This document shows, one piece after another, positions 30,413-40,419 of a stretch of 64,000 nt of DNA. The stretch's first letter is position 1. Each line of letters starts with the position of its first letter. Source of the stretch: Paracoccaceae bacterium (lineage in GTDB: Bacteria; Pseudomonadota; Alphaproteobacteria; Rhodobacterales; Rhodobacteraceae); contig JAWKXE010000018.1 in the NCBI GenBank assembly GCA_041397165.1, positions 17,289-81,288 of the forward strand, written 5' to 3'. The translations under genes and the position numbers were made by a program. The notes below the pieces were generated by a model, which had not been told where the DNA came from, searched no databases, and saw only the letters and a program-made list of their open reading frames with translations.

Positions 30413-30492
30413 ACCCCGGGATATTTCCGGTCAGATGAAGGGGCGGACGGGGTGGCTTTTCGGCGGCGTCAAAGCAGGCTAGAAGGTGGGCG

Positions 30493-31116
30493 ATGAGGTG
30501 GACGATCCCGAATATGCTGACCGCTTTGCGGCTTCTGGCGGCGCCGATGGTGCCGGTGATGTTCCTCTATTTCTCGCGGCCCGGGGCGGATTGGTTCGCG
30601 CTGGTGCTGTTCGTGGGCGCCTCGGTCACCGACTGGTTCGACGGCTATCTGGCGCGGGCCTGGAAGCAGCAGACCAAGATCGGCACCATGCTGGACCCGA
30701 TCGCCGACAAGGCGATGGTGATCATCGCGCTGGTGGTGATCTGCGGCTATTCCACCTGGACGCCCTGGCTGGTCCTGCCGGCGACGATCATCCTGTTTCG
30801 CGAGGTCTTCGTATCCGGCCTGCGCGAGTATCTGGGCGATGTGGCCGGCACGCTGAAGGTGACCCAGCTGGCGAAGTGGAAGACCACGCTTCAGATGGTG
30901 GCCATCGCGGTGTTGTTCAGCCAGGGCATCTTCGAGCATCAGGCCGAGGTGAAGGAGATCGCCGGCGACGTTCTGGCCGAGCAGCGATATCTGGATTTCC
31001 GGCTCTGGGCGGGGCGGCTGGGCGTCGGCCTCTTGTGGTTCGCCGCCGTGCTGACGCTGGTGACGGGGTGGGATTATTTCCGCAAGGCGATGCCGCATCT
31101 GCGGGAGGACAAGTGA
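30493..31116 (+). CDS. pgsA: CDP-diacylglycerol--glycerol-3-phosphate 3-phosphatidyltransferase
   Basis: 207 aa with the CDP-alcohol phosphatidyltransferase motif DWFDGYLAR...LDPIADK. Confidence 0.9.
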   Translation: MRWTIPNMLTALRLLAAPMVPVMFLYFSRPGADWFALVLFVGASVTDWFDGYLARAWKQQTKIGTMLDPIADKAMVIIALVVICGYSTWTPWLVLPATIILFREVFVSGLREYLGDVAGTLKVTQLAKWKTTLQMVAIAVLFSQGIFEHQAEVKEIAGDVLAEQRYLDFRLWAGRLGVGLLWFAAVLTLVTGWDYFRKAMPHLREDK

Positions 31117-31361
31117 TGGACGTGCTCTATTTCGCCTGGGTGCGCGAACGCATCGGGGTGCCGCGCGAGGCGGTCGAGACGCAGGCCGCGACGGTGGCCG
31201 AGCTGGTCGAGGAGCTGCGCGCGCGCGAGCCGCGATACGAGGCGGCCTTCGCCGATCTGGGCGCGCTGCGGGTGGCGCTGGATCAGGAACTGGCGGATTT
31301 CGGCGCGCCGCTGGCCGGCGTGCGGGAAGTGGCCTTCTTCCCGCCGATGACGGGCGGTTGA
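31116..31361 (+). CDS. moaD: molybdopterin synthase sulfur-carrier subunit
   Basis: 81 aa, MDVLYFAWVRERIG... ending in the diagnostic C-terminal GG (PPMTGG). Its ATG overlaps the pgsA stop. Confidence 0.85.
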   Translation: MDVLYFAWVRERIGVPREAVETQAATVAELVEELRAREPRYEAAFADLGALRVALDQELADFGAPLAGVREVAFFPPMTGG

Positions 31362-31362
31362 G

Positions 31363-31809
31363 ATGAAGGTGCGGGTTCAGGCCGGGCCGTTCGATTTCGG
31401 CGCCGAGGCCGCCGCCTTCGCCGAGGGTCATCACGATATGGGCGCGGTCGTCACCTTTACCGGCATCGTGCGCGATGTCGAGGGCGGGCTGGACCGGATG
31501 GAGATCGAGCATTACCCGGGCATGACCGAAAAGGCGCTCGAGGCCCATGCAGGCGAGGCGATGGCGCGCTTCGGCCTGGGCGACGTGCTGGTGATCCACC
31601 GCCATGGCAGCCTGCGGCCGGGTGAGATGATCATGATGGTGGCCACCGCCGCGCCGCACCGGGCCGATGCCTTTCAGGGGGCGGAATTCCTGATGGATTA
31701 CCTGAAATCCCGGGCGCCGTTCTGGAAGAAGGAATTCACCCGGACGGGCGGCACCGGCGAATGGGTGGCGGCGAAGGACCAGGACGAGGACGCGCTGAGC
31801 CGCTGGTAG
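31363..31809 (+). CDS. moaE: molybdopterin synthase catalytic subunit
   Basis: 148 aa with GAVVTFTGIVRD, HYPGMTEK and APFWKKE. Confidence 0.9.
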   Translation: MKVRVQAGPFDFGAEAAAFAEGHHDMGAVVTFTGIVRDVEGGLDRMEIEHYPGMTEKALEAHAGEAMARFGLGDVLVIHRHGSLRPGEMIMMVATAAPHRADAFQGAEFLMDYLKSRAPFWKKEFTRTGGTGEWVAAKDQDEDALSRW

Positions 31810-31888
31810 CGGGCCCGCTGACGCCAAGGCAGGCTTGCAGGGCGCGCGCCGGGGTGCGACGGCTGGGCCGTTCAGGCAGGAGGCGCGC

Positions 31889-32185
31889 ATGTCCAAACTT
31901 CTGGAAGAGATCTGTGCCGAGTTGCAGCCCCGGGTCGCGGGGGTGCTGAAGGGCAGCGCGCGGCTGGATGTCGCCGGCGAGGGCAGCGTCATGCTGGACG
32001 GTGAGGGCGCCCGTCCGGGCGAGGGGCCGGCGGATGTGGTGCTGAAGGCCTCGGCCGAGGTCTTCCGCGCCATCGTCGAGGGTCGCCAGAACCAGGTCAT
32101 GGCGGTGATGTCGGGCAAGCTGAAGGTCGAGGGCAGCCCGCAACGGGCGCTGAAGGTGGGCGCGATCCTGACCGGCAACGGCTGA
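31889..32185 (+). CDS. SCP2 sterol-binding-domain protein
   Basis: ATG at 31889. VMSGKLKVEGSPQRALKV is a typical SCP2 C-terminal signature. Confidence 0.65.
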   Translation: MSKLLEEICAELQPRVAGVLKGSARLDVAGEGSVMLDGEGARPGEGPADVVLKASAEVFRAIVEGRQNQVMAVMSGKLKVEGSPQRALKVGAILTGNG

Positions 32186-32254
32186 GCCGCCGGATTCGGG
32201 TTTCGCATCCCGTCCGCCCCGGGGTAGCGTGATCCCGGAGCAGGCGGAGGGGCC

Positions 32255-33430
32255 ATGACGGCAGTGCAGATCTCGAACCGGCAGGCGCGTTGGCTGTGGC
32301 TGGACGCGCAGGGGCTGGCGGCGACGCCCACGGGCAAGCTGGACCTGGGCCAGATGATCCACGATCTGGGCTTCGTGCAGCTCGATACCATCCGGGTGAT
32401 CGCGCGGGCGCATGACCATATCCTGTGGTCGCGCAATCAGAACTATCGCGAGCCGATGCTGGGCAAGCTGTTGAAATCGCGGCAGGTGTTCGAGCATTTC
32501 ACCCATGACGCCAGCGTGTTGCCGATGCAGGTCCTGCCCTATTGGCGGCGCCAGTTCGGGCGGATGGCGGCGCAGATCGGCGGCTCGGATTACTGGGGCG
32601 GGTTGCCCGACGCGGCGGGGCGGGCAGAAATCTTGGAGCGGATCGCGCGCGAGGGGCCGCTGTCGACCCATGATTTCGACAGCAAGGTCGAGGCCAAGAA
32701 ACACATGTGGCAGCGCCCGCCGCACAAGCAGGCGCTGGATTACATGTGGTATGCCGGCGAGCTGGCGACCTCGCACCGCGAGGGATTCACCAAGGTCTAC
32801 GATCTGGCCGAGCGGGTGTTTCCGCCCGATCTGCACGGCCACGAGGTGGCGGACGAGGTGCAGCAGGACTGGCTCTGCCGCGGCGCGCTGGCGCGGATGG
32901 GCTTCGGATCGCAGGGCGAGATTCAGCGCTTCTGGGCGGCGATGAGCGCGGCCGAGGTGAAGGCCTGGATCGCCCGCAACCGCAAAGGCCTGGTGCCGGT
33001 CGAGACCGAAGGCGCCGATGGGCGCCGGGTCTCGGGCTGGGCGCTGCCGGATATCGAGGAGCGGCTGGCGCGGCTGGGCCCGCCGACGGCGCGGCTTCGC
33101 ATCCTCAACCCGTTCGATCCGGTGATCCGCGACCGGGCGCGGCTGGAGCGGCTCTTCGGGTTCGATTACCGCGTCGAGATGTTCGTGCCGGCGGCGCAGC
33201 GGCGCTGGGGCTATTACATCTATCCGCTGCTCGAGGGCGACCGGTTCGTCGGCCGGATCGAGGCCAGGGCCGAGCGCGACAAGGGCGTGCTGCGCCACGA
33301 GCGGACCTGGGTCGAGCCGGGCGTGAAATGGACCGAGGCCCGGCAGGCGCGGCTGGAGGCGGAGCTGACCCGCATCGCCCGGCTGGCCGGGGTGGACGAG
33401 GTGCGGATTTGCGGCGGGACGGCGGGGTGA
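32255..33430 (+). CDS. winged-helix DNA glycosylase-like protein (YcaQ/AlkZ family)
   Basis: 391 aa with the family-typical N-terminus (RWLWLDAQGL, GFVQLDTIRVIARAHDHILWSR) and a YYIYPLL...GRIE C-terminus. Confidence 0.75.
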   Translation: MTAVQISNRQARWLWLDAQGLAATPTGKLDLGQMIHDLGFVQLDTIRVIARAHDHILWSRNQNYREPMLGKLLKSRQVFEHFTHDASVLPMQVLPYWRRQFGRMAAQIGGSDYWGGLPDAAGRAEILERIAREGPLSTHDFDSKVEAKKHMWQRPPHKQALDYMWYAGELATSHREGFTKVYDLAERVFPPDLHGHEVADEVQQDWLCRGALARMGFGSQGEIQRFWAAMSAAEVKAWIARNRKGLVPVETEGADGRRVSGWALPDIEERLARLGPPTARLRILNPFDPVIRDRARLERLFGFDYRVEMFVPAAQRRWGYYIYPLLEGDRFVGRIEARAERDKGVLRHERTWVEPGVKWTEARQARLEAELTRIARLAGVDEVRICGGTAG

Positions 33431-33466
33431 AACCCCGCCCTACGGGGCCGGCGGGCGGGGTTCAGC
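33421..33466. repeat. REP-like element, family 2
   Basis: ggcggggTGAAaccccgcCCTACGG plus gggcggggttcag. It spans the stop codons of both convergent genes. Confidence 0.6.
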
Positions 33467-33788
33467 TGCCCTGCAGCTGTTCGACATAGGAGCGCAGCTC
33501 CTCGGCCTCGTGGCGGGCGTCGCGCAGGCCTTCCATGGCGGCGGTCAGCTCGGCCTCGGTCTGGCTCAGCTGGTTGGTCAGCTCGGCCTCGCGCTGCTGC
33601 AGATAGGTGATCGCCTGGTCGCGGGTCTCTTCCGCCTCGTGCAGTTCCTGCGCCATGCGGTCCAGCTCCTCGACATCCGAGCGCGCCACGCGGGTGAAGC
33701 GGTGGATCAGCCAGTTGGCGAACCAGCCGGTGCAGAAAGCCACGAACAGGATGACCGCGGTCCAAATGATGAACTCAATTCGTGTCAT
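33462..33788 (-). CDS. membrane-anchored coiled-coil protein
   Basis: ATG at 33788 gives MTRIEFIIWTAVILFVAFCTGWFANWLI (TM helix), followed by heptad-rich sequence (EELDRMAQELHEAEETRDQ...). Confidence 0.6.
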   Translation of the reverse strand: MTRIEFIIWTAVILFVAFCTGWFANWLIHRFTRVARSDVEELDRMAQELHEAEETRDQAITYLQQREAELTNQLSQTEAELTAAMEGLRDARHEAEELRSYVEQLQGS

Positions 33789-35775
33789 CGGGAACTCCTT
33801 CTGCTGCACCTTGCGCGCCGCTGTGGTCGGTGCCGGGATCGTTTTCGTCGCCCGAACCTTCGCTGGCGGCGTCGGCCGGGTCGATCTGTTCGGCGGTCTC
33901 GCCCTCGGCCGCATCGCCGGCCTGGGTCTTCTCGAGGCTGTCGAGCGCGGTTTCGCGTTCCGTCACCGGCTTCGGCCGGATCAGCGTGAACTCGATCCGC
34001 CGGTTGGCCTCGCGGCCTTCCTCGGTATCGTTCTCGGCGATGGGTTCGGTTTCGCCATAGCCCACGGCCGAGAAGGACGAGGTCAGCACGCGCAACTCGC
34101 GCAGCCCGTTCAGCACCGCCTGGGCGCGGGCCTGGGACAGTTGCTGGTTCATCACCTCGCGGCCCTGGCTGTCGGTATGGCCGGCGATCTCCAGCTTGAC
34201 GGGGCCGCATTTCTTCAGGATCGCGGCAATCGCCTCGACCGATTTGCGCGATGGGCCGTCGATCGTGTCGGAGCCCGGCTCGAAGCTGATCTTGCGCTCG
34301 GCCTGCACCGCCTTGATGTCGGCGATGCATTCTTCCGGGGTGGGCAGGCCGGCGACCGGGTCGAGCTTCTTCTGATAGGTCACGTCGATGGCGAATTTCT
34401 GCGCCTCGCCCAGCTTTTCCGACAGCAGCCGGGCGATCGCCGCATTGGCGTCGGGGTTGCCGGTATTGCCCGAGATGGTGAGGTCGTCTGGCGTCACCGT
34501 GACCGCGCCGTTCGACAGCTGGGCCAGCGCGTCGAGCGCGGCCAGCACCCGCACCGGCCAGTCGCGCGGCAGGTTTTCATCCAGCCGGGCCGAGCTGTGC
34601 ACGGTGGTCGAGCCGAACCGGGCCCGGGCGAAGCTGACGGCGGTCTCGCGCAGCAACTCGTCGCTGACCCGGCCACGCAGTTGCACCAGGCCTTCGGGCG
34701 ACAGGGTGGCGACGAACTCGGGCGTGCCGGTCTCTTTCGCCGCTTCCGGCTTGGGCAGGACGGCGTGCAGGGTGAAGACCTCGGGCAGGGTGTTTTCCAG
34801 CTCGCCCACCTGGGTGTCGAATACGCTCTGGTCGGTGCCTTCGCGGGCCACCAGGGTGATGTCGGCATCGGCAAAGGTGACCGAACCGCCCCCCAGCTTG
34901 GCCAGCGCCCCGATCGCCATTTCGGCGGCGGTCGACCAGTTGGGCGAGGGCACGCCCAGGCCGATCACGCATTGCGCCTTGCCGTCGAGCCCGGCCTGGG
35001 CCGCGGCGCGCAGGATGCGGTCGCGGGCGTCGGCGGTGTCGGCCGAACAGCTGTCGAACCGGGCGCCCGTCTCGTCGATCAGGAAGCGCAGCGAAAAGGG
35101 CGTGATCACCGGCCGCGGCGCCGAGATTTCGAGCGCCACCTTCAGCCCCTCGGGGGCGGCGCGTGTCAGGTCGCTTTCCAGCTTGCGCTTGGCCTCGGGG
35201 CTGTCGGACATGGCGGTGATGGCGACATGGTCGGCGTCGATCGAGATCTTCGAGCGCGGCAGCGACCGCAGCGACCGCAGCCCATAGGCCAGCGCCGCGT
35301 CCCAGCCGGCGGGCACCGGGTAATCCGCCACTTCCAGCAGATCGGCGACATCGTCGCCGGCGATGGCGTGCAGATCCTTCAGCAGCGCCTCGCGGTTCGA
35401 TTCCGCGGGGATCAGCCCGATCAGCGAGATGCCGGTATCGTTGCGCAGGATCTCGATGGAAAAGCGCGGCGGCGTCAGGCTCTTGGTGGCGGCCATCTGG
35501 AACCGGTCGACCACGCGGGCGGCATCGACGACCTCGCCGGCGGTCGAGATCGCCAGGAAGCGGTCGGCCTCGCTGGGCGCCGTGCCGGTGAGATAGACGC
35601 GCAGCCCGTCGGCATGGACCTCGGCCCAGGTCAGGGTCTTGCGGTCCAGCGCCTGGCGCACGCCGATCTCGGAATTTTCCTCGATCAGGGTCACCGCCGA
35701 GCGGGCCGCGAGAAGGCTGGCGACAGCGGCCGCAAGGAACGTGGCGGCGATGATGGCAATGGCGGAAAGACGCAT
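33775..35775 (-). CDS. large OmpA-family protein
   Basis: 666 aa with an N-terminal TM/signal segment, repeated BON-like modules, an OmpA-like domain (EIAGHTDSQGREVMNQQLSQARA, NRRIEFT) and an acidic tail. Confidence 0.8.
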   Translation of the reverse strand: MRLSAIAIIAATFLAAAVASLLAARSAVTLIEENSEIGVRQALDRKTLTWAEVHADGLRVYLTGTAPSEADRFLAISTAGEVVDAARVVDRFQMAATKSLTPPRFSIEILRNDTGISLIGLIPAESNREALLKDLHAIAGDDVADLLEVADYPVPAGWDAALAYGLRSLRSLPRSKISIDADHVAITAMSDSPEAKRKLESDLTRAAPEGLKVALEISAPRPVITPFSLRFLIDETGARFDSCSADTADARDRILRAAAQAGLDGKAQCVIGLGVPSPNWSTAAEMAIGALAKLGGGSVTFADADITLVAREGTDQSVFDTQVGELENTLPEVFTLHAVLPKPEAAKETGTPEFVATLSPEGLVQLRGRVSDELLRETAVSFARARFGSTTVHSSARLDENLPRDWPVRVLAALDALAQLSNGAVTVTPDDLTISGNTGNPDANAAIARLLSEKLGEAQKFAIDVTYQKKLDPVAGLPTPEECIADIKAVQAERKISFEPGSDTIDGPSRKSVEAIAAILKKCGPVKLEIAGHTDSQGREVMNQQLSQARAQAVLNGLRELRVLTSSFSAVGYGETEPIAENDTEEGREANRRIEFTLIRPKPVTERETALDSLEKTQAGDAAEGETAEQIDPADAASEGSGDENDPGTDHSGAQGAAEGVPDDTN

Positions 35776-35834
35776 CGAACCCGGGTCTTGGAGTGCTCTG
35801 AGATGTCCTTAAGGTGCCGCGCCGGCGGTTGCAA

Positions 35835-36800
35835 TCACCCGATCAGCGCGGCGGCGAAAAACAGCAAGGGGATCAGCCCGGCATCGCGGTTCGAGCGGAA
35901 CAGCATGAGCTGGCGTTCCGGGTCGTCGAGCTTGAGGATGCGCATCTGCCAGACCATGTGCCAGCCCATCGCCACCACGCCCATCAGCGACAGAAGCAGC
36001 ACGATGGGGTTGTCGTTGAAGCCCACCAGCGTGGCGATCACGGCGAAGCCCAGCAGGCTGAGGGTGGCGACGAAGAACCGTCTGAGCCAGCGCGGCGTGC
36101 CGTCGCCAAAGAGCCGCGCGGTCGATTTCACCCCGATCAGCGCGTCGTCCTCGATATCCTGCAACGCATAGATCGTGTCATAGAAGAGCGTCCAGGCGAT
36201 GCCGGCCAGATAGAGGATCACCGCCGGCGGCGCCAGCGTGCCGGAATGCGCCGTCCAGGCCAGCAGCGCCCCCCAGTTGAAGGCGATGCCCAGGAAGACC
36301 TGCGGCCACCAGGTGAAGCGCTTGGCGAAGGGATAGACCGCCACGGGCAAGAGCGACAGGATGCCGAGCAGGATCGCATTGCGGTTGAAGGTCAGCAGGA
36401 TCGCGAAGGCAATGAGCGCCTGCAGCGCCATCCACACCACCGCCTGCCGCGTGCTGACCTGCCCCGAGGGGATGGGCCGCGACCGGGTGCGCTCGACCTG
36501 GGCGTCGATCTTGCGGTCGGTGATGTCGTTCCAGGTGCAGCCCGCCCCGCGCATCAGCCAGGCGCCCATGGCGCAACCCGCGAAGATCCAGGCATCGAAC
36601 CAGCGGTATTGCCCGTCCTGCAGCATGGCCAGCACCAGCCCCCACCAGCACGGAATCAGCAGAAGCCAGGTGCCGATCGGCCTATCGGCGCGGCTGAGCC
36701 GCAGATAGGGGCGCGTCCAGCCCGGGGCGAGGGTATCGACCCAGTTGCCTTTCACCGCGTCGGCGACCTGTCCCTCTGGCGTCTGCTTGTCACTGGTCAT
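35835..36800 (-). CDS. ubiA: 4-hydroxybenzoate polyprenyltransferase
   Basis: ATG at 36800 (MTSDKQ...). Motifs are NDITDRKIDAQVERTRSRP and YDTIYALQDIEDD (the two Asp-rich motifs). Multi-TM. Confidence 0.9.
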   Translation of the reverse strand: MTSDKQTPEGQVADAVKGNWVDTLAPGWTRPYLRLSRADRPIGTWLLLIPCWWGLVLAMLQDGQYRWFDAWIFAGCAMGAWLMRGAGCTWNDITDRKIDAQVERTRSRPIPSGQVSTRQAVVWMALQALIAFAILLTFNRNAILLGILSLLPVAVYPFAKRFTWWPQVFLGIAFNWGALLAWTAHSGTLAPPAVILYLAGIAWTLFYDTIYALQDIEDDALIGVKSTARLFGDGTPRWLRRFFVATLSLLGFAVIATLVGFNDNPIVLLLSLMGVVAMGWHMVWQMRILKLDDPERQLMLFRSNRDAGLIPLLFFAAALIG

Positions 36801-36827
36801 ATGGTCGGGCCCAATCGTGAGGACGGA

Positions 36828-37556
36828 ATGAAAGCGGCGAAGATCAGGCTTTATGTAGAGCATCCCCTTGGGGAAGGGCAAACCGTTCCTTTGAGCCGGG
36901 AGCAGGCGCATTACCTCTTCGGCGTGATGCGGCTGGGGCAGGGCGATGCGGTGGCGCTGTTCAACGGGCGCGACGGCGAATGGCGGGCCGAGGTGGCGAG
37001 CGCGGCCAAGCGCGGCGGGGTGCTGGACTGCGTCGCGCAGAGCGGCGACCAGCGCGATCCGCCCGACCTGTGGCTCATGTTCGCGCCGATCAAGAAGGCG
37101 CGCACCGATTTCATCGTCGAGAAGGCGGCCGAGATGGGCGCCGCGAAGATCATGCCGGTGCAGACCGACTTCACCAATTCCGAGCGCATCCGCCAGGACC
37201 GGCTGCAGGCCCACGCCGTCGAGGCGGCCGAGCAATGCGGCGGCACCTTCGTGCCTGAAGTCAGTGAGTTGCAGCGGCTTTCTCAGGTTCTGGATCAATG
37301 GCCATCGGGCCGCCAGCTGATGTTCTGCGACGAGGCCCTGGCGGGGGGCTCGTCTGTCCTGTCGGACAGCCTCGCCGGTCAGCCCTGGGCGATCCTGATC
37401 GGGCCCGAGGGCGGGTTTTCGGAGGCCGAGAGGGACAGGCTGAAAGGGCTGCAATTTGCCCACCCGGTGGCGCTGGGCCCACGCATCCTGCGCGCCGACA
37501 CGGCGGCGGTGGCGGCGATGACGCTGTGGCAGAGGCAGTTGGGGGATTGGCGGTGA
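36828..37556 (+). CDS. rsmE: 16S rRNA (uracil1498-N3)-methyltransferase
   Basis: ATG at 36828 with RLYVEHPL, FNGRDGEW, IGPEGGFSEAE and LGPRILRADTA. Confidence 0.9.
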   Translation: MKAAKIRLYVEHPLGEGQTVPLSREQAHYLFGVMRLGQGDAVALFNGRDGEWRAEVASAAKRGGVLDCVAQSGDQRDPPDLWLMFAPIKKARTDFIVEKAAEMGAAKIMPVQTDFTNSERIRQDRLQAHAVEAAEQCGGTFVPEVSELQRLSQVLDQWPSGRQLMFCDEALAGGSSVLSDSLAGQPWAILIGPEGGFSEAERDRLKGLQFAHPVALGPRILRADTAAVAAMTLWQRQLGDWR

Positions 37557-38068
37557 GCCTTATCCGTCCCGAGGCGCGCGCGGCCCTTTGGCGCTGGCGC
37601 GAGGTGCTGCTGGGCGCCGCGGTGACCGCGCTGGGGGCGAACTGGGCCCTGACCGCCTTCGGGGTGATGGGCTGGCTGGGCTGGCCGGTGCTGGCGCTGG
37701 GGCTGATCCTGCTCATCGCCGGGCTGCAGCGGGCGCGGGTGCGGCCAAGGGCGGGCGGCGCCGGGCTGGTCGAGCTGGACGAGGCGCAGCTGAGTTACTT
37801 CCTGCCCGAGGGCGGGGTGATCGTGCCCCTGGCCGATGTGGTGCGAATCGAGATCGTCACCGCGCCGCCCGACGTGCTGACCTGGGTCTTCACCGATGGC
37901 TCGGGGCGGGCCGCGCGCATCCCGGCCTCGGCGGCGGGGGCCGAGAGGCTGCTCGACGCGCTCAGCCATTTTCCCGGCGCCAGCTTCGGCCAGGTGATCG
38001 AGGCCTCATCGGCGCGCGGGGCAAACGCTTTCGTGATCTGGCGGAAGAACCTGACGCGGTTGCATTGA
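37553..38068 (+). CDS. hypothetical membrane protein
   Basis: GTG at 37553 overlaps the rsmE stop (GTGA). Two TM helices are followed by a soluble domain. The start is tentative. Confidence 0.45.
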   Translation: MSLIRPEARAALWRWREVLLGAAVTALGANWALTAFGVMGWLGWPVLALGLILLIAGLQRARVRPRAGGAGLVELDEAQLSYFLPEGGVIVPLADVVRIEIVTAPPDVLTWVFTDGSGRAARIPASAAGAERLLDALSHFPGASFGQVIEASSARGANAFVIWRKNLTRLH

Positions 38069-38137
38069 CACCCCAGGCCTTTGCGGCCACTCCTTACCAC
38101 CTGAACCACACGCGCGAACTTTTCCGGAGCATTCCCC

Positions 38138-39508
38138 ATGTCCATTCCCCAGTCCGGCGGCGGGCCGATCGAGCGCCACGAGCAATTGGCCGAGTATCTG
38201 GAAAGCGGCTGCAAGCCCAAGGAAGATTGGCGGATCGGCACCGAGCACGAGAAGTTCGGCTATTGCAAGGACACCCATCTGCCGATTCCCTATGCCGGCG
38301 AGCGTTCGGTCCTGGCGGTGCTGGAGGGCCTGCGCGACGGCCATGGCTGGGAGGGGCTCTATGAGGGCGACAACCTGATCGGCCTGCAGAAGGACGGCGC
38401 CAATGTCAGCCTCGAACCCGGCGGGCAGCTCGAACTTTCCGGCGCGCCGCTGGAGAGCATCCATCAGACCTGCGACGAGGTGAACACCCACCTGCGCGAC
38501 GTGAAGGACATCGCCGACAAGGTGGGCGTGGGCTTCATCGGCCTCGGCGCCGCGCCGGAATGGACGCATGAACAGATGCCCTTGATGCCCAAGGGCCGCT
38601 ACAAGCTGATGGACGGCTATATGCGTGAAGTGGGCACCATGGGCACGTCGATGATGCGGCGGACCTGCACGGTGCAGGTGAACCTCGACTTCGGGTCCGA
38701 GGCCGACATGGTGCAGAAGATGCGCGTCGCCGTGGCGCTGCAGCCGGTGGCGACCGCGCTCTTCGCCAACTCGCCCTTCTTCGAGGGCAAGCCCAATGGC
38801 CACAAGAGCTGGCGGAGCCGCGTCTGGCGCGATCTCGACCCGGCGCGCACCGGCATGGTGCCCTTCATCTTCGAGGATGGTTTCGGGTTCGAGCGGTGGG
38901 TCCAGTATGCGCTCGATGTGCCGATGTATTTCGTCTATCGCGACGGCAATTACATCAACGCGCTGGGGCAGAGTTTCCGCGATTTCCTCAAGGGCGAGTT
39001 GCCGGCCCTGCCGGGCGAGACGCCGACGCTGAGCGATTGGGCCGATCACCTGACCACCGTCTTCCCCGAGGCGCGGGTGAAGAAATATATCGAGATGCGC
39101 GGCGCCGACGGCGGCCCCTGGCGGCGGCTTTGCGCGCTGCCCGCGCTCTGGGTCGGGCTGCTCTACGACCAGACCGCGCAGGAGGCCGCCTGGGACCTGG
39201 TCAAGCACTGGGACGCCGAGACGCGCGAGGCCTGGCGGGTCGAGGCCTCGGTCATGGGCTTGCAGGCGGTCGTGGGCGGGCGGCGGATGCTCGACCTGGC
39301 CGGCGAGGTTCTGGCGATCGCCCGCGAAGGGCTGCGCGCGCGCGCCATGCCCGGCGCCGGCGGCATGGTGCCGGACGAGCGGCACTTCCTGCATGCGCTG
39401 GAAGATTCGGTGACCGACGGCAAGGTTCCGGCGGATGAGCTGCTGGAGCGCTATCACGGTGCCTGGGGCGGCGACCTGAGCCGGATCTACGAAGAATTCT
39501 CTTACTGA
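38138..39508 (+). CDS. gshA: glutamate--cysteine ligase (plant/alphaproteobacterial GCS2 type)
   Basis: 456 aa with RIGTEHEKFGY, LEPGGQLELSGAP and MRRTCTVQVNLD. Confidence 0.9.
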   Translation: MSIPQSGGGPIERHEQLAEYLESGCKPKEDWRIGTEHEKFGYCKDTHLPIPYAGERSVLAVLEGLRDGHGWEGLYEGDNLIGLQKDGANVSLEPGGQLELSGAPLESIHQTCDEVNTHLRDVKDIADKVGVGFIGLGAAPEWTHEQMPLMPKGRYKLMDGYMREVGTMGTSMMRRTCTVQVNLDFGSEADMVQKMRVAVALQPVATALFANSPFFEGKPNGHKSWRSRVWRDLDPARTGMVPFIFEDGFGFERWVQYALDVPMYFVYRDGNYINALGQSFRDFLKGELPALPGETPTLSDWADHLTTVFPEARVKKYIEMRGADGGPWRRLCALPALWVGLLYDQTAQEAAWDLVKHWDAETREAWRVEASVMGLQAVVGGRRMLDLAGEVLAIAREGLRARAMPGAGGMVPDERHFLHALEDSVTDGKVPADELLERYHGAWGGDLSRIYEEFSY

Positions 39509-39554
39509 ACCGGGGCAAGGGTGGGTGATTGACCCACCCTCCATGTCCGGCGGA

Positions 39555-39956
39555 TCAGGCCGGGCTGGCCGCGGCCATGGCCACCGCGTCGCCTGACGGC
39601 ATAACCGGAGCGGCGGCGGGGATATCCCTGGCGGCGGGTTTCGGCGCCAGCACGTCGCGCAGCGTGGCGATGGCCTGGGTAAAGCCCAGCCCCAATGCCA
39701 GCGCGGCGAAGCCCAGCGGCAGCAATGCGGTCAGCACGGTCTCGGTGCCGAGGAAGGGCAGTGCGGCCCCGACCAGCAGCACCACACCGGCGCCGATGGC
39801 GGCATAGCCGGTGGCGATCGACAGCGCCGCGGTGCGCGCGGCCGGGCCGCCATCGGGGCAATCCGACATCAACGCGCCGACCTTGAGGATCATGAAGCTG
39901 AGCAGGGCCAGCGCGGCGAAGGCACCGGCGAGATAGAGAAGGGCGGAGGGGATCAT
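39555..39956 (-). CDS. hypothetical membrane protein
   Basis: 133 aa with 3-4 TM helices. It is third in line behind the GbsR-type regulator. Confidence 0.5.
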   Translation of the reverse strand: MIPSALLYLAGAFAALALLSFMILKVGALMSDCPDGGPAARTAALSIATGYAAIGAGVVLLVGAALPFLGTETVLTALLPLGFAALALGLGFTQAIATLRDVLAPKPAARDIPAAAPVMPSGDAVAMAAASPA

Positions 39957-40005
39957 GATATGTCCTTTCGTCTTGGGGTCAGGCGTGGGTGAAGTGAGGG
40001 TCGCG

Positions 40006-40419
40006 TCATGCCGGGCGTTTCGCGGGGCGCTCGGCGAAGCCGTTATTGAGCCGGGCGAAGATGCCGCCCCAGATCGCGGCCACGGGCGTGCCGAATATCA
40101 GGAAGATGCCGGCCATGTCGTCCAGCTCCCGGTTCTGGGCGAGCCGGGCATAGGCCAGCACGGCACCGAAGACGATCAGGTTGACGATGGCGCCGGCGCC
40201 GACGCCGGTCCATCCGGTGATCGGCCCGCGCCCCAGCCGCCACAGCATGAAGAGCCCGGCCAGCGGCAGATAGAAGGGCAGGCCGAAGGGCAGCGCGAAG
40301 ACCGGGATCAGCAGCCAGAAGAACAGGGCCGATCCGACGAAGGGCGCCAGGATCAGCGCGCCGAAGAAGGCGGGCATGTGAACCCGCCGGGCGGGCCAGA
40401 GGGTATGGGCGCCGGTCAT
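40006..40419 (-). CDS. hypothetical membrane protein
   Basis: 137 aa with 4 TM helices. The start could be the internal ATG at 40377. Confidence 0.5.
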   Translation of the reverse strand: MTGAHTLWPARRVHMPAFFGALILAPFVGSALFFWLLIPVFALPFGLPFYLPLAGLFMLWRLGRGPITGWTGVGAGAIVNLIVFGAVLAYARLAQNRELDDMAGIFLIFGTPVAAIWGGIFARLNNGFAERPAKRPA

